Of a DNA stretch of 64,000 nucleotides, positions 63,973 through 64,000 are shown piece by piece (within the stretch, counting starts at the first letter, position 1; each line of letters opens with the position of its first letter). Source of the DNA: Eledone cirrhosa (Eukaryota); the NCBI GenBank assembly GCA_964016885.1, contig OZ024743.1, forward strand, positions 253,890,001-253,954,000. Direction: 5' to 3'. Under the pieces are notes generated by a model. It did not search any database. It saw only the letters and a program-made list of their open reading frames with translations, and was not told the origin of the DNA. The position numbers were made by a program, and so were the translations under genes.

Positions 63973-64000
63973 TCATTTTACCTTTTTATCACAGGGTCAT

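Overview
AT-rich, repeat-dominated eukaryotic DNA with no recognisable host gene. The SINE families and dense (TA)n/(CA)n/(GA)n tracts suggest an invertebrate, probably Octopus (inference from recalled repeat families). The window opens with a 7-kb G/T-only minisatellite that has higher-order periodicity. The rest is a retroelement patchwork. It includes a young Penelope-like element (PLE; RT + GIY-YIG, open frame 13473-16250) with a 1.7-kb inverted 5' arm, several Naiad-like PLE fragments, decayed R4/Dong, RTE and Tx1 LINEs, tRNA-derived SINEs and a hAT MITE. The main discovery is a set of non-coding, hammerhead-ribozyme (HHR)-bearing elements embedded in (TA)n tracts. The clearest is a 2.36-kb array (31757-34117) of apparently identical 310-bp monomers. 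Each monomer carries a type I HHR and many hairpins, and the array forms two divergent arms, the same geometry as the autonomous PLE. It looks like a non-LTR retrozyme (circular-RNA retroelement) mobilised by PLE machinery. Related pieces are HHRs with a shared U-U pair closing stem II, HHRs with very long stem II, fold-back palindromes centred on HHR helices, and tRNA-like cores clamped inside hairpins. All calls were made by eye and none was checked computationally.
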